A DNA stretch of 64,000 nucleotides, from NCBI GenBank assembly GCA_963786955.1, contig CAWBAT010000004.1, forward strand, positions 416,001 to 480,000. Direction: 5' to 3'. How positions within the stretch are numbered: the first letter of the stretch is position 1; each line of letters begins with the position of its first letter. Below are positions 9,970-19,756 of this stretch, piece by piece. Origin of the DNA: an uncultured Acidimicrobiia bacterium (GTDB lineage: Bacteria > Acidobacteriota > Terriglobia > Versatilivoradales > Versatilivoraceae). A program made the translations under genes and the position numbers. The notes under the pieces were generated by a model. It saw only the letters and a list, made by a program, of their open reading frames with translations, did not search any database and was not told where the DNA came from.

Positions 9970-10930
9970 CATTTCCCCCACGGGAAATAGGGAAAAGGCG
10001 AGCTGGGATGAATTTGATCGCGATTCCGCCCATCCTGCCAATACGACATCCTATGCACACATTTATCGCAAGCACCTGTCTTCCCCGGTATTTCTGGAAG
10101 CTCGAATCGGAAACCAAAAAGCATCTCAATGGCTTCTTTGTAAAAGGAAAATCCTTCGGAAGTTCCTTCAATGTTACCTATTCAGCCAGTGCGGGCCGCA
10201 AGTGATGCACTCCTATGCAGGTTATTATGACGAGATCTTTTCGAGCTATATACAGTTCCTGAGACATTCATTTAATCCGATGAACATCCTCGTGCTCAAC
10301 CACGCCTTGGTGAGAGGAATTACACGAACCGCTCTTGAAAAGAGTGCATTTCAAAATATCACAGAATGTGTTCCATACATTAGCCGGCTTGATGCCAGTG
10401 ATGAGGCGATTCTTAATTCCTTTCATGCGTCGCACAGAAATGATACGCGGAAGGCAATCAAAGAGGCGTTTCGGTACGACCCTAATGTTCTAGTCAACCA
10501 ATACTTTCCGTTGTCAACCGCGACCTATGGACGTTCGGGTCTCGAGGGACATCCCAAAGATTACCTGGAAGATCTTGAGAGCCATTTGGTCTCCGATGGA
10601 AAGGGATTCATTTCGGGGGTATATGTAGAAGATAAACTGGTTGCCGCTTCGATCATCATTCACCATGGAAATAATGCCTTTTACCTTCACGGTGCGAGCG
10701 TCAGTCCGAAGCCAAGGGGTTCAACGACTTTTCTGCAATTCAAAAACATGTTGCGATTGCGCGACTTGGGTGTCAAATGCTACGACATGGGAGGCGCTAA
10801 GCTCGTCGAGAATACAGACTCCAAGACAATTACGCTGACCCGATTCAAGAGCCGATTTGGCGGGACGCCCAGTTCGGCCTTCGAAGGAAGTTTATTCCCC
10901 CTTCAAAAAGAAATGGCGGGGGCGTCATGA
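9812..10930 (+). CDS. FemAB/GNAT-fold acyl- or aminoacyl-transferase (true start probably near 9947)
   Basis: RNDTRKAIKE, AFYLHGAS, YDMGG and FKSRFGG motifs typical of FemAB-like proteins. Confidence 0.75.
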   Translation: MKHGPLFKTLGKDRKQITFPTWPIRSFSSIWMNSSIPRSMTSLQDLSKNIEISISPTGNREKASWDEFDRDSAHPANTTSYAHIYRKHLSSPVFLEARIGNQKASQWLLCKRKILRKFLQCYLFSQCGPQVMHSYAGYYDEIFSSYIQFLRHSFNPMNILVLNHALVRGITRTALEKSAFQNITECVPYISRLDASDEAILNSFHASHRNDTRKAIKEAFRYDPNVLVNQYFPLSTATYGRSGLEGHPKDYLEDLESHLVSDGKGFISGVYVEDKLVAASIIIHHGNNAFYLHGASVSPKPRGSTTFLQFKNMLRLRDLGVKCYDMGGAKLVENTDSKTITLTRFKSRFGGTPSSAFEGSLFPLQKEMAGAS

Positions 10931-11742
10931 GTTTAGAAATCACCGCAGCGCCTTACCAAAAAGGGATTGATTTCTTGAAGCCTCACATTACCCGTGATGT
11001 TTGCAAGAAAATAGCAGCCCTGGATTTATCAATGGATCCGGATCGACCTTTTGATTTTGTCTCGTATTTGGAACGATCGGCTATTCGGTACGACCGGATT
11101 TTTCAACAGCCATTGATGTCGGGCGCGAAGTGGCTGGAAATTGGATGTCTTTTCCCTGCGTTTCCGATTGCATTGTCTTTGATGGGAATGAACGTGTCGA
11201 TCGTCGAAGATTTTTCGTTTTATCCACCGGAAATACATCAAATGTACACTCAAGTTTCAGACACTTTTGGGATTCGTTTCCTCAATCACAATCTTTCGAC
11301 TCAAGAAAACATGGTGCTGCCGGATCGGTACGACTACACCAGCCTGATGGGAGTCATGGAACACTTACCCCATACCCCCCGATTTCTTTTGGAAAATATC
11401 CATCTGAACCTGAACCCAAATGGATTTCTATACGTCGACGTACCGAATCTTTATTTCTCCTTCAATATTCAACGTTTCTTAAAAGGCCAGCACATCCAAC
11501 AGCCCATCGCAACTCTTTACCGAAGTGGTATACCCTTTGTTGGGCATCATCGTGAATACAGCGTGTCGGATTTGCGCTATGTCCTGGGTGAAGCCGGTTT
11601 TCATGTCAACCGCCTGGAGTTGTTCAACTACAGCACGGATTTTTCACTCCGGAGAATCGCGAATCCCTCACTAATATTCCATTTGCTTTCGCAAATGCCC
11701 TCTTTCAGAGAGCTTATCTTTGTGGAGTGTCAAAAACGATAA
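10927..11742 (+). CDS. Class I SAM-dependent methyltransferase
   Basis: LEIGC, VMEHLPH, LYVDVPN and HHREYS motifs. Confidence 0.78.
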   Translation: MSLEITAAPYQKGIDFLKPHITRDVCKKIAALDLSMDPDRPFDFVSYLERSAIRYDRIFQQPLMSGAKWLEIGCLFPAFPIALSLMGMNVSIVEDFSFYPPEIHQMYTQVSDTFGIRFLNHNLSTQENMVLPDRYDYTSLMGVMEHLPHTPRFLLENIHLNLNPNGFLYVDVPNLYFSFNIQRFLKGQHIQQPIATLYRSGIPFVGHHREYSVSDLRYVLGEAGFHVNRLELFNYSTDFSLRRIANPSLIFHLLSQMPSFRELIFVECQKR

Positions 11743-13997
11743 TGGCAAACGGGAGTGCACAAAACTATTTAGCCGTCACAATTGATTATGAGACTTGGCA
11801 TCCCGTGCCGGAAGGGAAACGGGTTGACTGGAATCACGACGTGCTGAAGCCAACCGAAAAACTATTAGCTTTAGCCAGTCAAGTGGGCGTCAAAATTACA
11901 CTCATGGCAGAAATGGGAGAGTATTTCTGGCTACGCACCAATCGGCCTGAAATGGCAGCTCAGATGGAGAATCAATGGGTTCAAGCGATCCAATCCGGAC
12001 ATGACGTGCAGCTGCACTTACATCCTTGCTGGCTACCCGAATTGGGCGCAAGTTTCCAGGATGGTGAGTGGTACTGGGACTGGTCGAAGAGCAAGGCGCA
12101 CGACTATCCAGGAGACCTCACTGAGTTGATCGGCCGGTGCAAGCGAGTTCTCGAGTGTTTACTGCGATCCGTCGACCCTCACTATCAAGTTTCCTGCTTT
12201 CGAGCCGGAGCCTATCAAGCCCAACCATTCAGGCGCCTTTATGACGCGCTCGTTGCCAATCAGATTTATTGTGATTCTTCTGTCTATGCGGGTGGAGTTT
12301 CTCAGGAACGAGGCTATGACTATTCCTTTGCTTATTCAGCGCATCAACCGTATTTTGCGAATGCTTATGATCCTCAACTCAAGGCCCCACCTGCCGAGCG
12401 CGGTATCGTTGAGCTGCCCGTTTTCACCTACAGCCCAGATCAACGCTGGTTTCTGGATGGATCAGAAGGAGCACACTTTGCAGGCCATTTGATGAAATTC
12501 ATGGAAGACCGCAACCCTTTGTTTCAGGACGCCAGAAGCAATCCAAAGATTCAGCGGCTTCGAGAAATGTTGTGTACGGCCTATTTTCGACTTAGGCCTG
12601 TTCATCGATGGCTGAACCAAATTTTTCCAAAACCGCTCGCTCACTTTATGACCAGCTATAGTCCTGAAACACTTGCCCTACAACAATATTTCATTCTGAT
12701 CGGGCATTCCAAATCAGATCTTCGCTTCGATGACATCCAAGCAAACCTAGAAAGGCTGAAGAACGACGGCCGCTTTAAGTTCATCACTCTTTCTGAAATG
12801 GCTTCTCTGGCTCGCGAAGAGCTTTTGGCCGGACTTCATCGCCAATCCGCTTTGGAAGAGGCCACTTACCAGGTTCAGAAGGAGCGCCGTGCCATTCTGG
12901 GTGACGCCCGAAATGAAGCCCAGTCATATTATCTTCAGGAACTCATTCCGTGGGATCGAGAGACCGTTCTCGACCTGGGTTGTGGCGCAGGGTATTGGTC
13001 GGACCGAATATCCAAGTCTTACCCATGGATGCATGTCACTGGCGTAGATTGTGGAGCTGAATTTGTTGCCAAAGCAAGGGCTATGTATGGCTCAGAGCGA
13101 GTACTTTTCAAGGTCGAAGATTTTGGTCATCTCAGCTTTGGGGACAACTCCTTCGATTGCGTTTATGCCGACAATTCCCTGGAACATGCCTTTGACGTAG
13201 AGGGTACTCTCCATGAAATCTATCGAGTCCTTCAGCGTGGCGGAGTTCTGGTGGCTGCCATTCCCAGCGATGGTCGAAATCCCCGGAAAATCTGCGAGAA
13301 CCATACCTGGAAAACAGTACCCCATGAAGTCTTGCTGCGTCTTGAGAAGGCTGGGTTTGTAAATATCGAGATTCGTGAGCTTGATATTTTTCGGGCCCTT
13401 GGAATGCCCCCTTATCCTCCATCTCAGGATAATATGATGTACGTACGAGCATGGAAAACCGAGGGGGAAGGGGCTTCAAAGTTGGACCGAGCCTTGGAGG
13501 CTACAAACTGGGTTTACCGAAAACTCTGCCCGAAGCAGTCCTCTGAAGGAAATAATCCTGTCGAAATCATTAAGAAAGGTTATGCCTTCTGTTGGGGGTA
13601 TGCCGTAGTCCTTGGCAAGTTGCTTCAGCAGGAGGGCTATCCCGTGAAGTGGTTAACCATGCTGGCTAAAGATCATCCGAAAGGTCGAGGAAAAGAGCGG
13701 ATCGACTCTCACGAAGTGGTCATCGTTGACCTAAATGGCAGACAGGTCATCCTTGACCCAATGGCCAATACCTGCATCCCCTGTTCGGTCGAAGATATCT
13801 TCCGCCGCCCGGAACTGGCTGTCCCCAAAAAGAATCCGGACCAGCGTTATATCGAAAGAGAATATTGTTTGTACGATACGGCTGCCTGGTACGGAAGAGT
13901 TTTCAAATATGCATTACGGACGGACGTCAGCCAGCGGATCTTGTTTTGGAAACGCGTTCATCATCCCCGAACTCTCCCTCAGACTGAGCGATCGTGA
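11742..13997 (+). CDS. Three-domain fusion: polysaccharide deacetylase-like + SAM methyltransferase + transglutaminase-like domain
   Basis: TIDYE, HDVQLHLHP and FRAG (NodB-like); VLDLGCGAG...FDCVYADNSLEH (methyltransferase); FCWGYA...SHEVV...ILDP (Cys-His-Asp). Confidence 0.75.
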   Translation: MANGSAQNYLAVTIDYETWHPVPEGKRVDWNHDVLKPTEKLLALASQVGVKITLMAEMGEYFWLRTNRPEMAAQMENQWVQAIQSGHDVQLHLHPCWLPELGASFQDGEWYWDWSKSKAHDYPGDLTELIGRCKRVLECLLRSVDPHYQVSCFRAGAYQAQPFRRLYDALVANQIYCDSSVYAGGVSQERGYDYSFAYSAHQPYFANAYDPQLKAPPAERGIVELPVFTYSPDQRWFLDGSEGAHFAGHLMKFMEDRNPLFQDARSNPKIQRLREMLCTAYFRLRPVHRWLNQIFPKPLAHFMTSYSPETLALQQYFILIGHSKSDLRFDDIQANLERLKNDGRFKFITLSEMASLAREELLAGLHRQSALEEATYQVQKERRAILGDARNEAQSYYLQELIPWDRETVLDLGCGAGYWSDRISKSYPWMHVTGVDCGAEFVAKARAMYGSERVLFKVEDFGHLSFGDNSFDCVYADNSLEHAFDVEGTLHEIYRVLQRGGVLVAAIPSDGRNPRKICENHTWKTVPHEVLLRLEKAGFVNIEIRELDIFRALGMPPYPPSQDNMMYVRAWKTEGEGASKLDRALEATNWVYRKLCPKQSSEGNNPVEIIKKGYAFCWGYAVVLGKLLQQEGYPVKWLTMLAKDHPKGRGKERIDSHEVVIVDLNGRQVILDPMANTCIPCSVEDIFRRPELAVPKKNPDQRYIEREYCLYDTAAWYGRVFKYALRTDVSQRILFWKRVHHPRTLPQTERS

Positions 13998-15607
13998 GTT
14001 CATCGTCAATCACCATCATTAAGGGAGCATCGTCATCCGTAGAGGATTCAGGTCCTGGTCGTGTCACCTCGTTTGAAGAGGTCAAAAGGTGTTTTTCTGC
14101 CGGAAAATTTTGGCCCCACCTTTTTCGGTACAACCTGGCCCGTTTGGTCACCTATCGACTTGCGGTCTTGCCCAAACCTTTTCTTACAGCGCTGCTTCTG
14201 CGCCTTTTGTGTCATGGGGAATGTTACTTTGAAGATCGATTTGGGAGGCGAGAGAAAATTGGGGCGATCCAATGGCTACTCCTTGGTCAACGACTACTCC
14301 AAGATAGTTTCCGGAGAGCTACGTTACTGCGATCCATCCGGAAAGATGTCGAACTTCTCAGTCGTCATCGAATAGAAGAAACCTTGGGGACTCCAAAACT
14401 GGATCTCGAAGCCTCACCGGTTTATCTCCGAACCGATCTTTCTTTTGGAGTGATTTCGGGAGGGTCGGTTGGACATATCGCCGGGGTGCTCAACCAACTA
14501 GAGAGTTTCGCAAAGTCCCCCATCTTTCTGACGACGGACCCCATTCCGATGGTTTCCCCAACCGTGGAGTCTCATACCGTCAACCTTGACGCTTCGTTTT
14601 GGAATTTCCGGGAGCTTCCATCATTTCATATCAACGAAATCATTTTCAAACAAGCTTTACACGCTCTTGCGAACCGGCGGATTTCATTTGTCTATCAACG
14701 GTATAGTCTCAACAACTACGTTGGTATGAAACTAGCAAAGGAATTCGCGATCCCATTTGTCCTCGAATATAACGGCTCAGAAGTTTGGATCAATCGTCAT
14801 TGGGGACAAGCCCTTCAGTATGAACAATTGTCTAGTCAGATCGAACTGCTCAATCTTCAGGGCGCAGATGTGATTGTCGTCGTCAGTGAAGCTCTGAGGG
14901 CGGAGCTAGTCTCACGCGGAATTGAGGCCAAGAAAATTCTAGTTAACCCGAACGGTGTGGATTCCCAACGATACTCACCTGAAATTGACGGTTCTGCTCT
15001 TCGTCAGCAATTACAGCTCACGGGCAAGACAGTCATCGGATTTATTGGTACATTTGGGAGGTGGCACGGTGCAGAGGTCCTTTCTGCCGCCTTTGGTGAA
15101 TTACTGAAACGAAACCCCGCCTACCGGTCCAACGTCCGCTTGTTGATGATTGGAGACGGCATGAGGATGCCGGATGCCCGAGAAATAACTGCAAAAAGCA
15201 ATGTTACCGAGGAATGCCTTTTCACCGGGCTCATCCCTCAGGAGAAGGGTCCCCAGTATCTGGCGGCGGCCGATATCCTTGTTGCTCCCCACGTCCCGAA
15301 TCCGGACGGCACCCCTTTCTTTGGATCTCCGACGAAGCTGTTTGAGTACATGGCGATGGGGAGAGGAATTGTGGCTTCAAATCTGGATCAGATTGGAGAA
15401 GTCTTACAACACGGAAAGACTGGCTGGCTGGTGAAACCGGGAGACACTGCGTCACTTCAGATGGGCCTGAAGACACTCATTGACAACGAAAAACTCAGGA
15501 CGGAGATCGGACAGGCAGCCCGCAAAGAGGTTATTGCGAAATATACCTGGCAAGAACACACCCGCCGCATCATAGAGAAACTCAAGGAGTGTTGCGATTG
15601 CGATTGA
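13994..15607 (+). CDS. Glycosyltransferase family 4
   Basis: NPNGVD, GFIGTFGRWHG and SPTKLFEYMAMG motifs. Confidence 0.88.
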   Translation: MSSSSITIIKGASSSVEDSGPGRVTSFEEVKRCFSAGKFWPHLFRYNLARLVTYRLAVLPKPFLTALLLRLLCHGECYFEDRFGRREKIGAIQWLLLGQRLLQDSFRRATLLRSIRKDVELLSRHRIEETLGTPKLDLEASPVYLRTDLSFGVISGGSVGHIAGVLNQLESFAKSPIFLTTDPIPMVSPTVESHTVNLDASFWNFRELPSFHINEIIFKQALHALANRRISFVYQRYSLNNYVGMKLAKEFAIPFVLEYNGSEVWINRHWGQALQYEQLSSQIELLNLQGADVIVVVSEALRAELVSRGIEAKKILVNPNGVDSQRYSPEIDGSALRQQLQLTGKTVIGFIGTFGRWHGAEVLSAAFGELLKRNPAYRSNVRLLMIGDGMRMPDAREITAKSNVTEECLFTGLIPQEKGPQYLAAADILVAPHVPNPDGTPFFGSPTKLFEYMAMGRGIVASNLDQIGEVLQHGKTGWLVKPGDTASLQMGLKTLIDNEKLRTEIGQAARKEVIAKYTWQEHTRRIIEKLKECCDCD

Positions 15608-17700
15608 CTCATTTCTTGAAAAAGGTCATGGCTACGCCCCCGACACGTTTGCCTAAAGTTCTCTACCGGGCAACTCATCGCCTTCTGAAAGAGTACCGCT
15701 TGCGCAGTGATGCCATGAAGCATCGCGGAGAAATCGCTGACGCTGATTTCTTCCGGGCCATTTCCGTTCCAAACCAGGAGAGAAATCCCAGCGACTCCGG
15801 GTTGCCGATGGAACCTCTCTTCTCGACTCGCCACACGACGGCTGCCGTTTTTGTCGGCGAATTTAATCGCTTGTTCCCGCGCCTCAAGGAAAACATCATT
15901 TGCCAGGCTGAAGAGGTTCTCAAGCATCACTTCGATTTGTTGGGATCTGGCAAGGTGGATCTCGGGCCGAAGATCGATTGGCACCGGGATTTTAAGTCGG
16001 GACATCGTTGGGAACCAGGGACTTATTTCAAAGATTATGTTCGGGTCCGGCTGGAGGACCACTCTGATATTAAGGTCACGCGCGAGTTGTCTCGCTTCCA
16101 ACATTTACCCCTGCTTGGGAAAGCTTACTGGTTGACCGGAGACGAAAGGTTCGCTCTAGAATTCGTGAACCAGCTCAATGATTGGATGGATGAAAACCCA
16201 CCCATGTTCAGTATCAATTGGGACTGTGCGATGGACGTGGCAATTCGCGCCGTGAACTGGGTGACCGCCTACAGTTTTTTCCAACAATCTCCTTCGCTTT
16301 CTCTTAAGTTTCAAAAGCGATTGGCAAAAAGCTTACTGAGCCACGGCCGATTCATTTATGAAAACCTTGAGTATTATGAGGCTCCTATCGACGGGGAGAT
16401 CAAACGGCTCAACAGCAACCACTATCTCTCTAATCTATCGGGATTGATTTTCATTGCCGCCGCCTGCCCTTTTTTCAAGGAATCCCGGCATTGGATTGCA
16501 TTTGCCAGCGGCGAGCTTTTTCTGGAGATCGAGGAACAGGTTTATCCATCCGGCGTGGACTATGAACACTCTGTTTCCTATCACCGTCTTGTTTTGGAGC
16601 TTTTTCTATATTCCATACTGGTGATCAAAGACCAGGGTGTTTCAGTCCCCAAGAAAGTTATACAGCGCCTCGAAAAAATGTTCGAGTACTTGCTGTACTA
16701 CACCAAACCGGATGGAACCCACCCTTTATCGGGCGATGCGGACGATGGGCGTTTGCTGATCTGGAATGAAAGCCCGATTGATTCCCATTGCTACCTCCTG
16801 TGTTTAGGGGCTTCCCTGTTTGATCGGTCCGACATGAAGGCAGTGGCAGGAGCCCTGGATGAATCCTTGGCCTGGGTGAGAGGAATCTCGGCAGCAGTTG
16901 AGTATTTAGAGTTAGAAGCAAAATCAACTCCACTTGAATCCAGAGGATTTGCTGACGCGCAGTTCTATATCATGAGGAAGGACCAGAACACCTTGTTTGT
17001 CGATGCAGCGGACATCGGGATTCGTGGCCGTGGAAGCCACGATCACAATGACCGGTTAAGCTTCGACCTATATGCGGGCAACACCACCTTCTTTAGTGAT
17101 AGTGGAGCTTACGTTTACTCCGCCAACCCCCAGGCAAGGAACTGGTTTCGCAGTACGGCTGCCCACAACACCGTTTGCGTTGACCAAGTCGAACAAAACA
17201 CGCTTGGCGAAGGTGTCAATCTATGGACAATCGGAAATGAGGCCAAAGTAAAAGTGGAGCGATGGGAATCAAACCTTCAGTCTGACGTGCTTCGCGTTTC
17301 CCATGAGGGGTACCGTCGTCTCCCGGATCCGGTGACCCACGTCCGAGAGTTTCGGTTCTCTAAGAACCCCATAGAGTGCATGATCATCGACGAGCTCATG
17401 GGGAGTCAGACCCATGACCTGGATTGGTACTTCCATCTGGGAGTCGGAGTCCGCATCGAACAGGGCGGAAAGCCGATCCTCGAATCATTTCATGAAGGGC
17501 TTACAATTCGTGGCCATCACGATGACCAGATTATCTTCCGGCTCTGTGAGCAGATGAACGGGATGACCGCCGAACTCATAGATGGCTGGATTTCTCCCCG
17601 TTATGGAGTCAAGATTCCTTCTAGCACCATTCATTTGAGAGTGCGCATGGTTTTGCCACTCCGGGTTCGATTTGAAATCACACCCCGCGGACAGGTGTGA
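15589..17700 (+). CDS. Heparinase II/III-family (alginate-lyase-like) protein
   Basis: ELSRFQHL, NHYLSN, YHRLVLE, GDADDG, HDHNDRLSF and RSTAAHNT motifs. Confidence 0.85.
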   Translation: MLRLRLTHFLKKVMATPPTRLPKVLYRATHRLLKEYRLRSDAMKHRGEIADADFFRAISVPNQERNPSDSGLPMEPLFSTRHTTAAVFVGEFNRLFPRLKENIICQAEEVLKHHFDLLGSGKVDLGPKIDWHRDFKSGHRWEPGTYFKDYVRVRLEDHSDIKVTRELSRFQHLPLLGKAYWLTGDERFALEFVNQLNDWMDENPPMFSINWDCAMDVAIRAVNWVTAYSFFQQSPSLSLKFQKRLAKSLLSHGRFIYENLEYYEAPIDGEIKRLNSNHYLSNLSGLIFIAAACPFFKESRHWIAFASGELFLEIEEQVYPSGVDYEHSVSYHRLVLELFLYSILVIKDQGVSVPKKVIQRLEKMFEYLLYYTKPDGTHPLSGDADDGRLLIWNESPIDSHCYLLCLGASLFDRSDMKAVAGALDESLAWVRGISAAVEYLELEAKSTPLESRGFADAQFYIMRKDQNTLFVDAADIGIRGRGSHDHNDRLSFDLYAGNTTFFSDSGAYVYSANPQARNWFRSTAAHNTVCVDQVEQNTLGEGVNLWTIGNEAKVKVERWESNLQSDVLRVSHEGYRRLPDPVTHVREFRFSKNPIECMIIDELMGSQTHDLDWYFHLGVGVRIEQGGKPILESFHEGLTIRGHHDDQIIFRLCEQMNGMTAELIDGWISPRYGVKIPSSTIHLRVRMVLPLRVRFEITPRGQV

Positions 17701-17790
17701 GAAATTTAAGCACCATCAATGGGTTTCAAGCGTCCTTCTGGAGCTGAATTCAACCCAAAAAAGTCGATCGTAACTGGCTAAGGTTAACCG

Positions 17791-19056
17791 ATGAATACGC
17801 AGCCCAAGAAAATGACCGGCACCATCCACTTCCTCTATGTTGTCTCCGAGGGGTTTCCGCCAACGGTTTTTGACTCCCAGGTCGTGGACTATCTCCATAT
17901 GATGGAAGGTCAGGGGATTCTCTTCGAGCTGGTGGTATTCGAACGATTGTTGGGAATTTTTCCAAATTGGAGGAGAAATCGGAAGCGGTTGCGTGAGGTT
18001 CGAGAACAACTCAACGGTCGCATCTACTATCGCTTTTTGATTACGACATTCCTCGGATGGGATTTTTGGGTTCCCCAGCAGCAGCTTTATTTAATCGCTA
18101 AACCGTCTGACCCGTCCGTTCGAACCGTCATCCACGCCAGGACGCAAACATCTGCAGCGATTGCCCTTCGGTTGAAAAGTTGGATTCCGGAAACAAAAGT
18201 CGTCTTTGATATGCGCGGAGACACTCCAGCCGAGTACCTGCTCAGCGTTGAAAAGTCAGGGGGGGACCTTCGTTCGAGAGCCGTCCGAAGAAAATACGAA
18301 AAGCTCAAAAGTATTGAAATGCGCGCCGTAAAGGAATCAGACGCAATCCTTTGCGTCTCGGGGGTCATGCGAGACAAGATCGTCGGAGAATACCGGGTCC
18401 CTTCCCAGAAAATCCACGTGATCCCCACCGTAGCCAACACTCGAAAGTTCTACTGGGATCCACAACTGCGCAGTGTGGTACGGAAAGAGTTAGGCATTGA
18501 AGATAAGTTCACATTTGTTTATGCGGGATCTATTCGGGCTTATCAGTCTATAGAGATTCTGCTGGAATTTTTCCGCAAGACCCAGGTGAAACGATCTGAA
18601 GTGCATCTGTTGTTGATTACACCTCAAAGCACCGAAGCTGAACAATACCTTCACAGATTACTTTCACCAGGCACTTGCACCGTTCGAAGCGCTAGCCATA
18701 ACGAGATGGCTCGCTGGCTGAACGCCGCAGATGCGGGACTATTGCTAAGGGAACCCAATCCTGTCAATCAAGTCGCTGCACCTACTAAGTTTGCTGAATA
18801 CTTGTTGTGCGGACTTCCCGTCGTGATGACCGAAGGCATTGGCGACTTCAGTGAACTCGCCAAGAAGGAAAAGATAGGAATTGTGTTAGAACGGAGCCAA
18901 TGGGAAGAAGAGCTCCATGCACGATGGAATGAATTGGTTTTCCTGACCGATTCCATCCAGAGAGAGCGTATAGCCCAAAAAGGTAAACAAATGTTCAGCA
19001 ATGAACACTTTGCAGAATTACTCCCCCCCTTATATTCAACACTATCTGAGGGGTGA
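17791..19056 (+). CDS. Glycosyltransferase (GT-B, family 4-like)
   Basis: FDMRG, VYAGS and PTKFAEYLLCGLPV motifs. Confidence 0.8.
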   Translation: MNTQPKKMTGTIHFLYVVSEGFPPTVFDSQVVDYLHMMEGQGILFELVVFERLLGIFPNWRRNRKRLREVREQLNGRIYYRFLITTFLGWDFWVPQQQLYLIAKPSDPSVRTVIHARTQTSAAIALRLKSWIPETKVVFDMRGDTPAEYLLSVEKSGGDLRSRAVRRKYEKLKSIEMRAVKESDAILCVSGVMRDKIVGEYRVPSQKIHVIPTVANTRKFYWDPQLRSVVRKELGIEDKFTFVYAGSIRAYQSIEILLEFFRKTQVKRSEVHLLLITPQSTEAEQYLHRLLSPGTCTVRSASHNEMARWLNAADAGLLLREPNPVNQVAAPTKFAEYLLCGLPVVMTEGIGDFSELAKKEKIGIVLERSQWEEELHARWNELVFLTDSIQRERIAQKGKQMFSNEHFAELLPPLYSTLSEG

Positions 19057-19311
19057 ATTTTTCCAGCTTCCAGTGAACACCAATGGTTTGAAAGTATTAG
19101 GAGTCATCGATTTCTCACCCGGAGCTCTGCCGTTCTGCAGGACTTATGGTGCCCTTAAGTTAAAAAAAACTAAAATTCCGCTAACTATTTGCCGAATAAA
19201 GGATTAGACTCAAATAGAAGATGCCAAGTTAGAGAGAGCGCGGTCCATGGAAAAAAGTCAAGGCAGGTTTGGCAAAAGGGTAGCAAATTTATTTTCAGAT
19301 CTCCAGACTTC

Positions 19312-19340
19312 TTGACAATATTGGACTTGTTCTCTAGACT
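19312..19340 (+). promoter_or_regulatory. Sigma70-like promoter upstream of the HU/IHF gene
   Basis: TTGACA-N17-TAGACT. Confidence 0.6.
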
Positions 19341-19372
19341 GGCGTTTGAACTCAGATGAAGGAAGGTCTGTC

Positions 19373-19639
19373 GTGATCAAGTTAGATATCATCAATCAGG
19401 TGGTTGAGCGAACCGGCATCCCCAGAGCGAAAGCAGAGCTTGCTGTTGACACCGTCTTTGATGCGATGAAAGTTGCATTAAAGGGCGAAGATCGTATTGA
19501 ACTTCGCGGGTTCGGTGTCTTCACGATCAAACCTCGCAAGACCGGGATTGGTAGAAACCCCCGAACCGGTGAAGAAGTTTCTATTCCTCCTGGGAAAGCT
19601 GTGAGGTTTAAACCGGGTAAGGATTTGCAGTCGGTTTGA
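19373..19639 (+). CDS. HU/IHF-family DNA-binding protein
   Basis: RIELRGFGVF and GRNPRTGE...FKPGK motifs. GTG start follows a GGAAGG RBS. Confidence 0.9.
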   Translation: MIKLDIINQVVERTGIPRAKAELAVDTVFDAMKVALKGEDRIELRGFGVFTIKPRKTGIGRNPRTGEEVSIPPGKAVRFKPGKDLQSV

Positions 19640-19710
19640 TCTCGTTTAGATTCAGTCGTTGCAACACCTCTTTATAGAGTTTACCCCTACCAAACAATCC
19701 TGCTATTCAC

Positions 19711-19736
19711 GAGGCGAGTTAAGAGCTCGCCTTTTT
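19711..19736 (+). terminator. Rho-independent terminator
   Basis: AGGCGAGTT-AAG-AGCTCGCCT hairpin followed by TTTT. Confidence 0.65.
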
Positions 19737-19756
19737 AGATAGCTTTTTTTCTTTTC

